The position numbers and the translations under genes were made by a program. The notes below the pieces were generated by a model. It had not been told where the DNA came from, searched no databases, and saw only the letters and a program-made list of their open reading frames with translations. Shown here in pieces: positions 9,005 through 20,591 of a stretch of DNA of 64,000 bases. How positions within the stretch are numbered: the stretch's first letter is position 1; the number at the start of each line of letters is the position of its first letter. Source of the stretch: an uncultured Candidatus Binatia bacterium (GTDB lineage Bacteria > Desulfobacterota > Binatia > Bin18); assembly GCA_965200965.1 (NCBI GenBank), contig OZ241744.1, forward strand, positions 1,760,001 through 1,824,000. The letters run 5' to 3'.

Positions 9005-9922
9005 ATGCGGGACGAAATAGCCGAGCCCCGAGCAAAATACGGCGGGCGGTGGACCAAGGAAAAGTTGGAGATACTGGAAAAGTATCTGGACGCCTATACG
9101 ACCGCACTAAAAAATAAGCCGTTCAAGCTGCTATACATAGACGCCTTCGCCGGTACTGGCTACCTGGAACTCGGTCAAGACGATCAGGACGCCAAGGACA
9201 TCTTTGACGCCTTCGCCGGTACTGACTACCTGGAACTCGGTCAAGACGATCAGGACGCCAGGGACCTCTTTGACGGTTCGGCAAGAAGAGCCGTCGACAT
9301 TGACGACAAACCGTTCGACAAGCTGATTTTTGTTGAAAAAGACCCGAAACGATGTGCTGAATTGAAGAACCTGAGAAGAGATTCCTCCAATAGAAATATC
9401 TGGATTGAGAATTCGGATGCAAACGATTATCTGAGGAATCTTCAGCAAAATTGGCAAGAATGGCGCGGGATCCTTTTTCTTGATCCGTTCGGTACACAAG
9501 TTGAATGGTCCACCATTGAAACGATAGCGAGCTTTCATGCTCTGGACACCTGGATTCTATTCCCGGTCTCTGCAATCTCACGGATACTGCCAAAGTTGAA
9601 GCGACTTGAGGATATTGACGCTAAATGGGGTCGCAAGCTGACAAAGGTCTATGGCGATAAAAGCTGGCAAGATCTGTACCGCCCCGAACCACGGGGTCTA
9701 TTCCCCTCGACCGAGCATGAGAGGACTCCCGGCGTTGGCGAGCTTCTCACAATCTACAAGAACAGCTTAGCTGACTTGTTCGGTAACAGGTTTCTCCAGG
9801 AATCCCGAACCTTAAAGAACTCCAGGAACGCGCCAATGTTTGAATTCCTGTTCTGCGTTGGCAATGAGAAGGGAATTGGCCCTGCGAAACGTATAGCTGA
9901 ACATATCCTGGAGCATATGTAG
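9005..9922 (+). CDS. tcmP: Three-Cys-motif partner protein (TcmP family, SAM-methyltransferase-like fold)
   Basis: [28 protein letters not shown] and FLDPFG motifs; GGAGG RBS; adjacent to DUF5131; visibly more AT-rich than flanks. Confidence 0.85.
   Translation: MRDEIAEPRAKYGGRWTKEKLEILEKYLDAYTTALKNKPFKLLYIDAFAGTGYLELGQDDQDAKDIFDAFAGTDYLELGQDDQDARDLFDGSARRAVDIDDKPFDKLIFVEKDPKRCAELKNLRRDSSNRNIWIENSDANDYLRNLQQNWQEWRGILFLDPFGTQVEWSTIETIASFHALDTWILFPVSAISRILPKLKRLEDIDAKWGRKLTKVYGDKSWQDLYRPEPRGLFPSTEHERTPGVGELLTIYKNSLADLFGNRFLQESRTLKNSRNAPMFEFLFCVGNEKGIGPAKRIAEHILEHM
9140..9271 (+). repeat. 66-bp tandem duplication inside tcmP
   Basis: 9140-9205 and 9206-9271 differ at 3 positions; together they encode DAFAGT(G/D)[11 protein letters not shown](K/R)D(I/L)F twice. 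Confidence 0.95.
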
Positions 9923-9924
9923 CG

Positions 9925-10665
9925 ATGGCGGCACACTCCGCAATTGAGTGGACCCAGGCCACCTGGAATCCCGTGACCGGCTGCACCAAAATCAGCCAGG
10001 GGTGCAAGCGCTGCTATGCGGAACGCCTGTCCACCAGGCTGCGGGCGATGGGGGTCAACAAATACCGATCGGGCTTTTCCGTCACCCTGCATCGCGCTGT
10101 GCTGGGCGACCCCGTGCGCTGGCGGAAGCCGCGCCTCGTCTTTGTCAATTCCATGTCCGACCTGTTTCACCAGTCTGTCGAGACGGGTTTCATTGAAGCG
10201 GTGTTCGCGGTCATGAACCGTGCCTCTCAGCACACGTTTCAGGTCCTCACCAAACGCCCGAGCCGTGTGGCTCGGCTGAAGGGCCGGCTGTCCTGGACGC
10301 CGAACATCTGGCTCGGCACCAGCATCGAATCCGAGCGGTGGCTGGACCGGCTCACCTGGCTCACGGCCACCAGTGCCTCCACGAAGTTTGTCTCGCTTGA
10401 ACCCTTGCTCGGACCGCTCCCCCACCTGCCACTGGACGGGATCGACTGGGTGATCGTTGGGGGGGAATCCGGCCCGGGCGCACGGCCGATGGAAGCCGAC
10501 TGGGCGCGGGACATCCGTGACGCCTGCCTCCGGCACGGCGTGCCGTTCTTCTTCAAGCAGTGGGGAGGCCGGACGCCCAAGGCCGGCGGGCGGTTCCTCG
10601 ATGGCCGGGAGCATAACGAGATGCCCGGAAAGAAAGAACGTCTCACCTTCCTCTCGAGCGGATGA
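9925..10665 (+). CDS. DUF5131 family protein (phage Gp37/Gp68-like, radical-SAM-like three-Cys motif)
   Basis: [44 protein letters not shown] and PFFFKQWGG. Confidence 0.93.
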   Translation: MAAHSAIEWTQATWNPVTGCTKISQGCKRCYAERLSTRLRAMGVNKYRSGFSVTLHRAVLGDPVRWRKPRLVFVNSMSDLFHQSVETGFIEAVFAVMNRASQHTFQVLTKRPSRVARLKGRLSWTPNIWLGTSIESERWLDRLTWLTATSASTKFVSLEPLLGPLPHLPLDGIDWVIVGGESGPGARPMEADWARDIRDACLRHGVPFFFKQWGGRTPKAGGRFLDGREHNEMPGKKERLTFLSSG

Positions 10666-10679
10666 GACGTTCCCTCTTT
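10629..10679 (-). repeat. Dispersed GNRA-hairpin element, copy D (overlaps the DUF5131 3' end)
   Basis: Minus strand reads AAAGAGGGAACGTCTCA-TCCGCTC GAGA GGAAGG-TGAGACGTTCTTTCTTT: a 17-bp stem with 2 G-T pairs. Confidence 0.8.
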
Positions 10680-10912
10680 GTCTCAGCTCGCGCATGCTGA
10701 GTGGCGAACCTGATTGGCTGGGGATTGGTCTGCCTCTAAATCCACCGTGCCTATAAGCGCCATATGCGGCTGCTTGCGGGCTTTGACCTCGAGCGAGAGG
10801 CCAGGATGGCGGACATGGCGGCCAACCATGCTGTTCTGCCTGCCGTGATTGATGTGCAGAACTACAGAAAGGAGCAGCGGAATGAACGGAAAACACGCGA
10901 GGAGGAATACTG

Positions 10913-11344
10913 ATGTTTGACGTTGTGACCGCTGCCTATGTGCAATCCGGTGTCGCCCTTGCTGTCGGCATGGCTCAGGTTGGCATAATCTGGATGGGCA
11001 TCAAGAAAATGTCTGAGGCGAGCGAGAGCCGTGCGCGACAGGTGGACCACTCCATGCGCACCCAGGCAGACCGCCATGAAGAAGCCATGCGCACCCAGAC
11101 AGCACGCCATGAAGAAACCATGCGCACCCAGGCAGACCGCCATGAAGAAGCCATGCGCACCCAGACAGCACGCCATGAAGAAACCATGCGTACCCAGACA
11201 GCACACCATGAAGAAGCCATGCGCACCCAGGCAGACCAGCACGCCGAAACAATGGAAGCCCTGCGGCAACAGGGGGAAGCCTTGCGTACGCTGATTGAAC
11301 GCACCGCGCCCAGCGCGGGGGCTGGAAGACAGGAGGCCCAATGA
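10913..11344 (+). CDS. Hypothetical protein: N-terminal TM helix plus six 11-aa repeats (MRTQ[AT][DA][RHQ]H[EA]E[AT])
   Basis: AGGAGG RBS; 33-bp tandem repeats at 11054-11251; near-identical paralogue at 12110. Confidence 0.75.
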   Translation: MFDVVTAAYVQSGVALAVGMAQVGIIWMGIKKMSEASESRARQVDHSMRTQADRHEEAMRTQTARHEETMRTQADRHEEAMRTQTARHEETMRTQTAHHEEAMRTQADQHAETMEALRQQGEALRTLIERTAPSAGAGRQEAQ

Positions 11345-11363
11345 TCCCCCTCCTCTTCTTGCT

Positions 11364-11540
11364 CCTGGTCAATGAAGGCCGTTGGCATTTGTTTGTGGAA
11401 GAGGTCACTCATAGGGTTGACGATATCAGGCGCGGCGTGCGCCACGCGAGCGGCTGGGCGAGGCGTTCGGGGCGGAGGGTCAGGTTGAAGCCCTGCTCAA
11501 AGGGGTGGCCGGCCACACCGCGGAAGCGTTCGGCAAAGCG
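11364..11540 (-). pseudogene. Frameshifted internal fragment of a second DUF5131 gene
   Basis: Manual translation gives RFAERFRGVAGHPFEQGFNLTLRPERLAQPLAWRTPRLI, a frameshift near 11422, then VNPMSDLFHKQMPTAFID. This matches the [21 protein letters not shown] region of 9925-10665. Confidence 0.8.
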
Positions 11541-11633
11541 ACAACGTATTCGGGGTTATCAATCCTCGATTGATCTGCACTTCCTCCGCTGGAAACACTC
11601 TTTCCTTGGGATGGCCCTTGCCTCTTTACATAT

Positions 11634-11940
11634 CTAGTCATTGCTTACCAGGTACCGCTTGCAGTATCGCCTCATAGAATCCATCGATATCTCTCCTCTG
11701 GCAGGAGCCTCCTTGTACGGGTCCTCCTCATGTGTCATATCCCTCAGCTTCCATGCGGAGAACTGGCCGAACACCTCGTCAATTTCAGCAAGAAAATCCC
11801 GAATCTTCTCGTCCTCGATAGGCGTCTCTGTGACCGCTTTTTTCTGTGGGACAGGACTACTCTTATGCCGTTTGAAGACATGGTATACGTCAGGGACGAC
11901 CGGCCCGTAGGTCCAGGCTTCAATTTTTTGACCCCAGCAA
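11634..11940 (-). pseudogene. Panacea/DUF4065 (SocA-like) antitoxin, C-terminal part only
   Basis: IEAWTYGPVVPDVY and FSAWKLRDMTHEEDPY are present. The N-terminal KLQKLLYY-type motif is absent from ORF 11634..12035. Confidence 0.7.
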
Positions 11941-12109
11941 TCCTTGCCTGCTGATGATAGAGTCCGGCAAGCAAAACTGTTGACCTTTCCGTGAAGGTTT
12001 TGTGTTTTAGAACTGTGTTTGAAAATAGAGATCAAGGCCGTAAAAATCCGGCCCGAAAAATTCTGATAATTTTTTGAGGGTTTTTAATCTATTTGCAGGA
12101 GGAACGCCG

Positions 12110-12475
12110 ATGTTTGACGCTGTGACCGCTGCCTATGTGCAATCCGGTGTCGCCCTTGCTGTCGGCATGGCTCAGGTTGGCATAATCTGGATAGGCATCA
12201 AGACAATGTCTGAGGCGAGCGAGAGCCGTGCGCGACAGGTGGACCACTCCATGCGCACCCAGGCAGACCGCCATGAAGAAGCCATGCGCACCCAGGCAGA
12301 CCGCCATGAAGAAACCATGCGCACCCAGGCAGCACGCCATGAAGAAGCCATGCGCACCCAGGCAGACCAGCACGCCGAAACAATGGAAGCCCTGCGGCAA
12401 CAGGGGGAAGCCTTGCGCACGCTGATTGAACGCACCGCGCCCAGCACGGGGGCTGGAAGACAGGAGGCCCAATGA
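12110..12475 (+). CDS. Hypothetical protein, second copy of the TM plus 11-aa repeat protein (four repeats)
   Basis: AGGAGG RBS; repeats at 12251-12382; nearly identical to 10913-11344 but 66 bp shorter. Confidence 0.75.
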   Translation: MFDAVTAAYVQSGVALAVGMAQVGIIWIGIKTMSEASESRARQVDHSMRTQADRHEEAMRTQADRHEETMRTQAARHEEAMRTQADQHAETMEALRQQGEALRTLIERTAPSTGAGRQEAQ

Positions 12476-12735
12476 TCCCCCTCCTCACCGCGGCCCTTGT
12501 CGTAGACGGGCGGACGGTTCAAGAGAATACCTTCACGGTTACGACAGTGGGAGAGGAGTTTGTGACCGGGCTCGAGCGGGATGTTGTGGTTGCAGACTTC
12601 CCGAGCGCGGGGGAGTCTATCACGCTCCGCTGGCAGCAAGGCGTGCAAGGCTTTGCCCTCGTCCCAACGGAGACCGCGCAGGAGTGGGGGTGTTGCCGGT
12701 CTCGTCTGGTGGGAGCGGAGGCCGGGTGGGGCTAG
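12472..12735 (+). pseudogene. Fragment of the C-terminal domain seen in the 3..2444 protein
   Basis: VDG..TFTVTTVGEEFV..VVADFPSAGE...L.WQQ..Q.F aligns with ADG..TFTVTTFGEEFV..VVADFPSPGE...LAWQE..QTF. Confidence 0.7.
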
Positions 12736-13169
12736 TCCGGGGGCTGAGCCGTCTCGGCGTCCGGGGGCGCGGCTGATGCGGATTGGGTTGTGGCTTTGGT
12801 CTTTTTGCTCTCGGATACGGGGCGCACGCGCTCACCTTTCAGCCGGGCGGCTTTCCCCCGCAGCCCGCGGAGATAGTACAGCTTGGCCCGCCGGACTTTG
12901 CCGCGCACCGTCACCTCGATCTTGTCAATCCGGGGCGAGTGGAGCGGAAAGACGCGCTCAACACCAACGCCGTAGGAAATTTTCCGAACCGTAAATGTGG
13001 CCCGGTTGCCGCCATTGGCTTGACAGATCACTACCCCCTCAAAGACCTGAATCCGTTCCTTGTCGCCCTCAACGATTCTGGCGTGGACGCGGACCGTATC
13101 GCCGGGCTTGAAGTCGGGCAAATCCGTTCGCAGTTGGCTGGCTTCAAGCTGATGAATGCTCTTGTTCAT
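12732..13169 (-). CDS. rplS: 50S ribosomal protein L19
   Basis: [27 protein letters not shown] and [12 protein letters not shown]. Confidence 0.98.
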   Translation of the reverse strand: MNKSIHQLEASQLRTDLPDFKPGDTVRVHARIVEGDKERIQVFEGVVICQANGGNRATFTVRKISYGVGVERVFPLHSPRIDKIEVTVRGKVRRAKLYYLRGLRGKAARLKGERVRPVSESKKTKATTQSASAAPPDAETAQPPD

Positions 13170-13339
13170 GGCCGTGTTCCTCTCTGTGAGCCGCGGGCGA
13201 CCGGCAGGGCAGGGCGACTTCCGGCGGACAGGGATTGCGCTGCCCGCTGTTGGTCAAAATCGCTCGTTGTGCTCGCTGAAGGCCGGTGGCTGAATGCCAG
13301 GGGTGCCGGGGTCTTCTCGTGTCTCTCTAAGAGCCGGTC

Positions 13340-13368
13340 AGCTTAGCCTGCCCCTGTCGGTCGGTCAA
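13340..13368 (-). promoter_or_regulatory. Putative sigma70 promoter upstream of rplS
   Basis: Minus strand TTGACC-17 nt-TAAGCT. Confidence 0.55.
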
Positions 13369-13399
13369 GCGACCGCCCGGTGAACGAAGAGAGCAGCGT

Positions 13400-13963
13400 T
13401 CACTCCGGCGTGCCCAGCAGCCGGTCCAGGATAATCGCCGCGGCCGCCCGGACGGACAGGTGGTTGTACACGCCCGGTCCGTGGATTGGCTCAAGAAAGT
13501 CGTCGGCCCGGTCGAGGAGCTGTTCAGTCAGCCCCCAGCCGGTACCCAACAGGATGAGCAGTGGAGGTCCCGGGCGCTCAACCCGGCGGCGCAACTCGGC
13601 AAAGGAAAGACGCGCGCCGCCGTCTCTGGCCGAGGTGGCAATCAGCCGTGGCCGCTCCCCGGCCTCGCGCTGCACCGCCTCAAGCGTGTCATCGAGGCGT
13701 GAGCTGAGGGTAACGATTTCGAGGGCGTCTTTGCGGGTGACGTTATAGGTGCTGCCATAGCCGAACTGCCAGTGGTGTATGATTTTTTCGGCCAGGGCGC
13801 GGAGGGTCGGAACCGGATTGACGACAAAGAAGCGTTTGACCCCATAGGTCTTTGCCGAGCGGGATATATCGTGGATATCCATATTGGTGATCGAGGTGGT
13901 GACCACCTTGCGCTGTTTATTATAGACAGGGTGATGGAGGAGGGCCACATAGAGCTCAGCCAT
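13400..13963 (-). other. SPOUT-family SAM-dependent RNA methyltransferase (TrmD-associated)
   Basis: ALLHHPVYNK, DIHDISRSAKTYG, GTGWGL and YNHLSVRAAAAIILDRL; lies directly after trmD. Confidence 0.9.
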
Positions 13964-14735
13964 GCGCGTCACCACAGGGGGGCGATACTCTCTTCCTGAT
14001 GAGATGGTCATCGTCGCCGGCCTCTCCGGCCAGCCAGTGTTTCTCTTCCGGGCTGAGGGGGGCCGTGTTCAACAGTTCGGGACGGCGCTCACGGGTCCGC
14101 AGCAACGCTTGACGGCGGCGCCAGCCGGCAATGGCGGCATGGTTGCCGGACAGCAGCACCGCCGGCACGCGCAGACCCCTGAACTCCTCGGGTCGGGTAT
14201 ACTGGGGGTATTCCAACAGCCCAACGCTGAACGACTCTTCCTGGGTTGATTCCTGGCGGCCAACCACCCCGGGGACGAGACGGGCCACCGCGTCAATGAC
14301 GGCCAGGGCGGCGATTTCTCCCCCGCTCAGCACATAGTCGCCGACCGAGAGTTCTTCATCGACCGCCGCCCGGACCCGCTCATCAACTCCTTCATAGCGT
14401 CCGCATACCAGCACCAGCGCCCCTTGGGCGGCCAGTTGGCCGACCTTGTGCTGGGTCAGCGGTACGCCCTGGGGGGAGAGCAGAATCCGTTTCGGCCGCG
14501 GCAGGCGGCGACACACATCTTCAAGCGCGGCAAAGATCGGCTCGGGCTTCATGACCATGCCAGCGCCACCGCCATACGGCGCATCGTCGGTGGCGCGGTG
14601 TGTTCCGGCGGCGTAGTCGCGCAAATTATGGACATGACACGCCACGAGCCGGCGGTCTTGGGCCTTTTTCAGCAGGCCGACAGACAGCGGCGAGGCAAAC
14701 AGCTCGGGAAAGATGGTGATGACGTGGAACTGCAT
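13956..14735 (-). CDS. trmD: tRNA (guanine-N1)-methyltransferase
   Basis: [33 protein letters not shown] and LEYPQYTRP. Confidence 0.97.
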   Translation of the reverse strand: MQFHVITIFPELFASPLSVGLLKKAQDRRLVACHVHNLRDYAAGTHRATDDAPYGGGAGMVMKPEPIFAALEDVCRRLPRPKRILLSPQGVPLTQHKVGQLAAQGALVLVCGRYEGVDERVRAAVDEELSVGDYVLSGGEIAALAVIDAVARLVPGVVGRQESTQEESFSVGLLEYPQYTRPEEFRGLRVPAVLLSGNHAAIAGWRRRQALLRTRERRPELLNTAPLSPEEKHWLAGEAGDDDHLIRKRVSPPCGDAHG

Positions 14736-14739
14736 AATC

Positions 14740-15282
14740 TCAGTTGAGCAGCCCGTCCACAGGCGCAATCACCGCGTGTCGGCCCGGAATGTCAATGCTG
14801 CGGACAATGGCTTGAATAACGGGAATCAGGTACTCTTTCCTGCCCCGGCGCACAACCCACACATCATGCCCGCCGGAGAAGAAGACCTGGCGTACCGTGC
14901 CGATGTGTTGGCCGGCGGTGGTCAGGACCGCAAGCCCGAGCACCTGGTAATAGTAGAACTCGTTGTCTTGGAGCGGGGGGAGTTGGCGCTCATGGACCGC
15001 AAGGGTGTGGCCGCACAGGGCCTGGGCCTGCTCACGGGAGACTACCCCCGCAAAGGCGACGAGCAGAAAAGGGGGGCGAGGGCGCAGCGTGGCGATCCGG
15101 GCCGGGGTCGCTTGCCGGCCGCGGTCCTGGAGTTGGACCGTCAGCCCTTGTTTGAGGGTCGGGCACGGAAACGCGCAGGGCCGCAGCCGGAGTTCTCCGC
15201 CCAGACCGTGGGTCTTGACCAGACGGCCGAGCGAAACAAGGCGGTCGGCACCCGGCGTGTCATTTTTCTTCGACGATTTCAA
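14740..15282 (-). CDS. rimM: 16S rRNA processing protein RimM
   Basis: [21 protein letters not shown] and LIP motifs, plus synteny. Start codon uncertain (TTG at 15282 assumed). Confidence 0.9.
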   Translation of the reverse strand: MKSSKKNDTPGADRLVSLGRLVKTHGLGGELRLRPCAFPCPTLKQGLTVQLQDRGRQATPARIATLRPRPPFLLVAFAGVVSREQAQALCGHTLAVHERQLPPLQDNEFYYYQVLGLAVLTTAGQHIGTVRQVFFSGGHDVWVVRRGRKEYLIPVIQAIVRSIDIPGRHAVIAPVDGLLN

Positions 15283-15496
15283 GGACAACTTTACGGTTTG
15301 TCCGTGAGGCGGCGGCGTTGAGCAGCGTGCGGATCGACTTGGCGGTCCGTCCCTGTTTGCCAATAATCCGACCCAGATCGTCTTTTGCCACGCGGAGTTC
15401 GAGAATCGAGGCGGTCTCGCCCGGTATTTCGTTTACCTCGACTTCATCAGGATGGTTCACCAGCGCCTTGGCCAGGTATATGACGAGATCCTTCAT
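15260..15496 (-). CDS. khpA: KH-domain RNA-binding protein
   Basis: DLGRIIGKQGRTAKSIR; lies between rpsP and rimM. Confidence 0.95.
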   Translation of the reverse strand: MKDLVIYLAKALVNHPDEVEVNEIPGETASILELRVAKDDLGRIIGKQGRTAKSIRTLLNAAASRTNRKVVLEIVEEK

Positions 15497-15515
15497 AGGC
15501 TGTTCCCCGTGCGCT

Positions 15516-15764
15516 TCAGGCGACAGGTTCCTGCCCGGCCTTTTTTATCAGCCGAGCAACAGTGTCGGTCGGTTGAGCGCCGTTTTGGAGCCATTTGTTC
15601 AGTTTGTCTGTTTTGAACTGCACGACGGCCGGGTCCTTGGTCGGATCGTAAAATCCGAGCTGTTCAATAAAACGGCCGTCGCGTGGAGCGCGCGAGTCAG
15701 CCGCGACAATACGATAGAAAGGTCGCTTTTTGGCCCCGTGGCGGGCCAGCCGGATTTTGACCAT
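15516..15764 (-). CDS. rpsP: 30S ribosomal protein S16
   Basis: [26 protein letters not shown]. Confidence 0.98.
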   Translation of the reverse strand: MVKIRLARHGAKKRPFYRIVAADSRAPRDGRFIEQLGFYDPTKDPAVVQFKTDKLNKWLQNGAQPTDTVARLIKKAGQEPVA

Positions 15765-15774
15765 AGCTTTCCTC

Positions 15775-17250
15775 TTACCCCCAGAATGACAGCGATTTGC
15801 GCGCTTTATGGGCCTTTTTGGCCAGTTTGCTCATTTTGCCCGGCCGGCCCCCTGAATTTTTGCCCGACTTGCCGGCCTTTTTTTGGGTCAACTGGCCGAG
15901 GTCAAGCCCGCCGCCCATATCGCCGAGCTGGGGGCCCGCGACGTTGAACCGGGAGAGACGGCGCATCATCTTCTTGGCCTCGGCGTACTGCTTGAGAAAG
16001 CGATTGACCTCGGTCACCCGGGTCCCGCTGCCCTTGGCAATCCGCCGCCGCCGGCTGCCGTTCAGGAGCTCGGGCCGCCGGCGCTCCTGCCTGGTCATGG
16101 ACGAGATAATGGCTTCAATGCGCTTGAAGTCCTGTTCGGCTTGGTCCAGGTCGGTGTTCTGCGCGGCTTTTTTGCCGCCCGGGAGCAGGGACATCAGGTC
16201 GGAGATTGATCCCATTTTTTTGAGCATGCGCATCTGCTCGGCAAAATCGGCCAGGGTGAACTGGTTTTTGCGCAGCTTTTTTTCGAGCGCCGCGGCCTGG
16301 TCCTGGTCGTAGACCTTTTCAGCCTTTTCGACCAGGGAGAGCACATCGCCCATGCCCAGGATACGCGACGCAGCCCGATCGGGATAAAAGGCTTCGAGGG
16401 CGTCAAGCTTTTCACCGATGCCGATGAAGACGATTGGCTTGCCGGTCACTGAGCGCAGCGACAGGGCCGCCCCGCCTCGGGCGTCGCCCTCGACCTTGGT
16501 CAGGATAACGCCGTCAAGCGTGAGTTGGGAGTGGAAGCCTTGGGCGACATTGACCGCCTCCTGGCCGGTCATGGCGTCGGCCACCAGCAGGGTCTGATGG
16601 GGATTGACCGCGGTCTTGAGCTGAGCGAGCTGCCCCATCAGCTCGGTGTCGACCTGCTGGCGGCCGGCGGTGTCGATGATGACCACATCCGCCCCCTCGC
16701 GCCGGGCGGCGTCAACACCGGCGGCCGCAATCCTGACCGGGTCGGTAGCCGAACCGTCGTTGGGCGTCGGATACACCGGCACCCCGAGATCTGCGCCAAG
16801 GATGCGCAACTGGTCAATCGCGGCCGGACGGAAGGTATCGGCTGGAACCAGGTAGGGCGCGCGGGCCTGTTCCCGTTGCAGATAGCCGGCCAGCTTGCCG
16901 GCAGTGGTGGTCTTGCCCGAGCCGTTCAGACCGACGAGTAAAACCACCACCGGCGGAGCGGCCGACAGGTTCAACTCGGTGCGCTGCCCGCCCAGTAACT
17001 CGATCAACTCGTCGTTGACGACCTTGACGAGTTGCTGGCCGGGCGACAGACCGGCCGTGACCTCCTGGCCCACGACCTGGGTCTTGACCCGCTCAACAAA
17101 GTCTCGGACCACCCGAAAGTTCACATCGGCTTCAAGCAGCGCCAGGCGGACCTCGCGCAAAGCCTGGTCAATGTTCCTGTCGGTCAGCCGTCCCGGTCCG
17201 CGCACACGGCGCAGGACGGCATCCAGCTTTTCACTCAGCGCTTCAAACAT
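15775..17250 (-). CDS. ffh: Signal recognition particle protein
   Basis: [28 protein letters not shown] and RILGMGD. Confidence 0.97.
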   Translation of the reverse strand: MFEALSEKLDAVLRRVRGPGRLTDRNIDQALREVRLALLEADVNFRVVRDFVERVKTQVVGQEVTAGLSPGQQLVKVVNDELIELLGGQRTELNLSAAPPVVVLLVGLNGSGKTTTAGKLAGYLQREQARAPYLVPADTFRPAAIDQLRILGADLGVPVYPTPNDGSATDPVRIAAAGVDAARREGADVVIIDTAGRQQVDTELMGQLAQLKTAVNPHQTLLVADAMTGQEAVNVAQGFHSQLTLDGVILTKVEGDARGGAALSLRSVTGKPIVFIGIGEKLDALEAFYPDRAASRILGMGDVLSLVEKAEKVYDQDQAAALEKKLRKNQFTLADFAEQMRMLKKMGSISDLMSLLPGGKKAAQNTDLDQAEQDFKRIEAIISSMTRQERRRPELLNGSRRRRIAKGSGTRVTEVNRFLKQYAEAKKMMRRLSRFNVAGPQLGDMGGGLDLGQLTQKKAGKSGKNSGGRPGKMSKLAKKAHKARKSLSFWG

Positions 17251-17346
17251 AGGCTCCCCCCACATACAGAAAGGCGGCTGGAAAGTCAATCAATTTGGCC
17301 GCCGGCTTGCTTGCGTGGAAAAAGGAAATGCGCTAGCTGTAGACGG

Positions 17347-17796
17347 ATGACGGCTCGAGAAAAATTTCTGGTCGGTGTCGTCCTGATGGTGGGCGCGGTC
17401 GGCTATCTGATGTACACCGGCATCCGCGAAACAAGCACCTATTATCTGACCCTGGAAGAGTTTCTGCCCCAAAAGGAAGCCTTGGCAAACGCCGGCGTGC
17501 GCGTCGCTGGGCGGGTCCGCAGCGGTTCGGTCGACTGGAACCCCAAAAACCTCAGGCTCTCCTTCACCATGATCGGCTTTGACCACAACGGCCAGCCGGC
17601 CGATGCGCCGGGCCTGGCCGTTCGCTATCAAGGCGTGCTGCCCGACATGTTTGCCGAGGAACGGGATGTGATCGTGGAGGGACAGTACGCCCCTGGGGCA
17701 GACACGCTCCAGGCCACGACCGTCATGACCAGTTGCCCGTCCAAGTATGAGGCCGAACTTGAACAGGACGGGACGGGCGCAGCCTCGCCGTCCTGA
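17347..17796 (+). CDS. ccmE: Cytochrome c maturation heme chaperone, CxxxY variant
   Basis: N-terminal TM, YQGVLPDMFAE, and SCPSKY in place of HxxxY. Confidence 0.9.
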   Translation: MTAREKFLVGVVLMVGAVGYLMYTGIRETSTYYLTLEEFLPQKEALANAGVRVAGRVRSGSVDWNPKNLRLSFTMIGFDHNGQPADAPGLAVRYQGVLPDMFAEERDVIVEGQYAPGADTLQATTVMTSCPSKYEAELEQDGTGAASPS

Positions 17797-17811
17797 GCGC
17801 TTTCCCTCCGC

Positions 17812-19801
<1,990 letters not shown>

Positions 19802-19812
<11 letters not shown>

Positions 19813-20257
19813 GCGTCTGCTCCTCGTGTTGTGCGTCTTCGGGGCCACGCTGGGCACTGCCCCGCGCCCCAGCCAGACCGCACTGGAGGAAGCCCTCACC
19901 TGCCAGTGCGGCTGCGGGCTGACGGTCCATAGCTGCAACCATCTGCAATGCGGTTTTGCCATCCCCCGCAAAAAAGAGATCGGCCAATTCCTGGCTGAGG
20001 GCAAAAGTCGAGAAGAGATTCTGGCCGCCTTTGTCGCCGACTACGGAGAAAAAGTGCTGTCCGCTCCCACCACCAGCGGCTTTAATCTGGCGGCCTGGAT
20101 TACGCCGTTTGCGGTCATCCTGCTTGGAGGGCTGGTGATTGGGGTGATGAGCCTGCGCTGGGCCAGGCGGCCGCGGCCTGGCCCGCACCCTGCCCCGGCC
20201 GCGTCAGACGCCTACCGGGACCAACTCAACAAAGAGTTGGCAGACTTTGACGGCTGA
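19802..20257 (+). CDS. ccmH: CcmH-like cytochrome c biogenesis protein
   Basis: LTCQCGC..C....C, YGEKVLSAP, then a TM helix; follows ccmF. Confidence 0.8.
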
Positions 20258-20288
20258 GCGGGACGCCCCCCCCCGCAGCGAGATTCGT

Positions 20289-20591
20289 ATGTCTTTTCTC
20301 CTGTATTTTTCCGGTCTGGCGCTCATCGCCAGCATCGCCACCCTGGTTGCCCTGCCGCTGCTGCGTCCAGACCGGGCCAGGGCCGAGCGGTCACAGGCCG
20401 CCCCACCCGACCTGGAACGCTGGGAAGGACAGAAGCGACAAGCCTATGCAGCTCTCAAGGAGGCCGAGTTCGACCGCCAGACGGGCAAGCTCAGCGACGA
20501 GGACTATCGCCTGCTGCGTGAGAAATATGAAGCGCGGGCGCTGGAAGCCCTGGCCCAGCTCGACCGGCTGGGCCAGGCTAACGAATCTTGA
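20289..20591 (+). CDS. Small membrane protein resembling the CcmI N-terminal region
   Basis: TM helix then LKEAEFDRQTGKLSDEDY; lies within the ccm cluster. Confidence 0.65.
   Translation: MSFLLYFSGLALIASIATLVALPLLRPDRARAERSQAAPPDLERWEGQKRQAYAALKEAEFDRQTGKLSDEDYRLLREKYEARALEALAQLDRLGQANES

Noticed and set aside
11341-11637. 98-aa plus-strand ORF after the first repeat gene
   Set aside because: Only the first five codons belong to the duplicated module; the rest is the antisense of the DUF5131 remnant and adjacent stub.
11054-12382. 33-bp repeats as a CRISPR array or a DGR template/variable pair
   Set aside because: These are head-to-tail coding repeats without spacers. No reverse transcriptase is in the window and differences between the copies are not confined to adenines.
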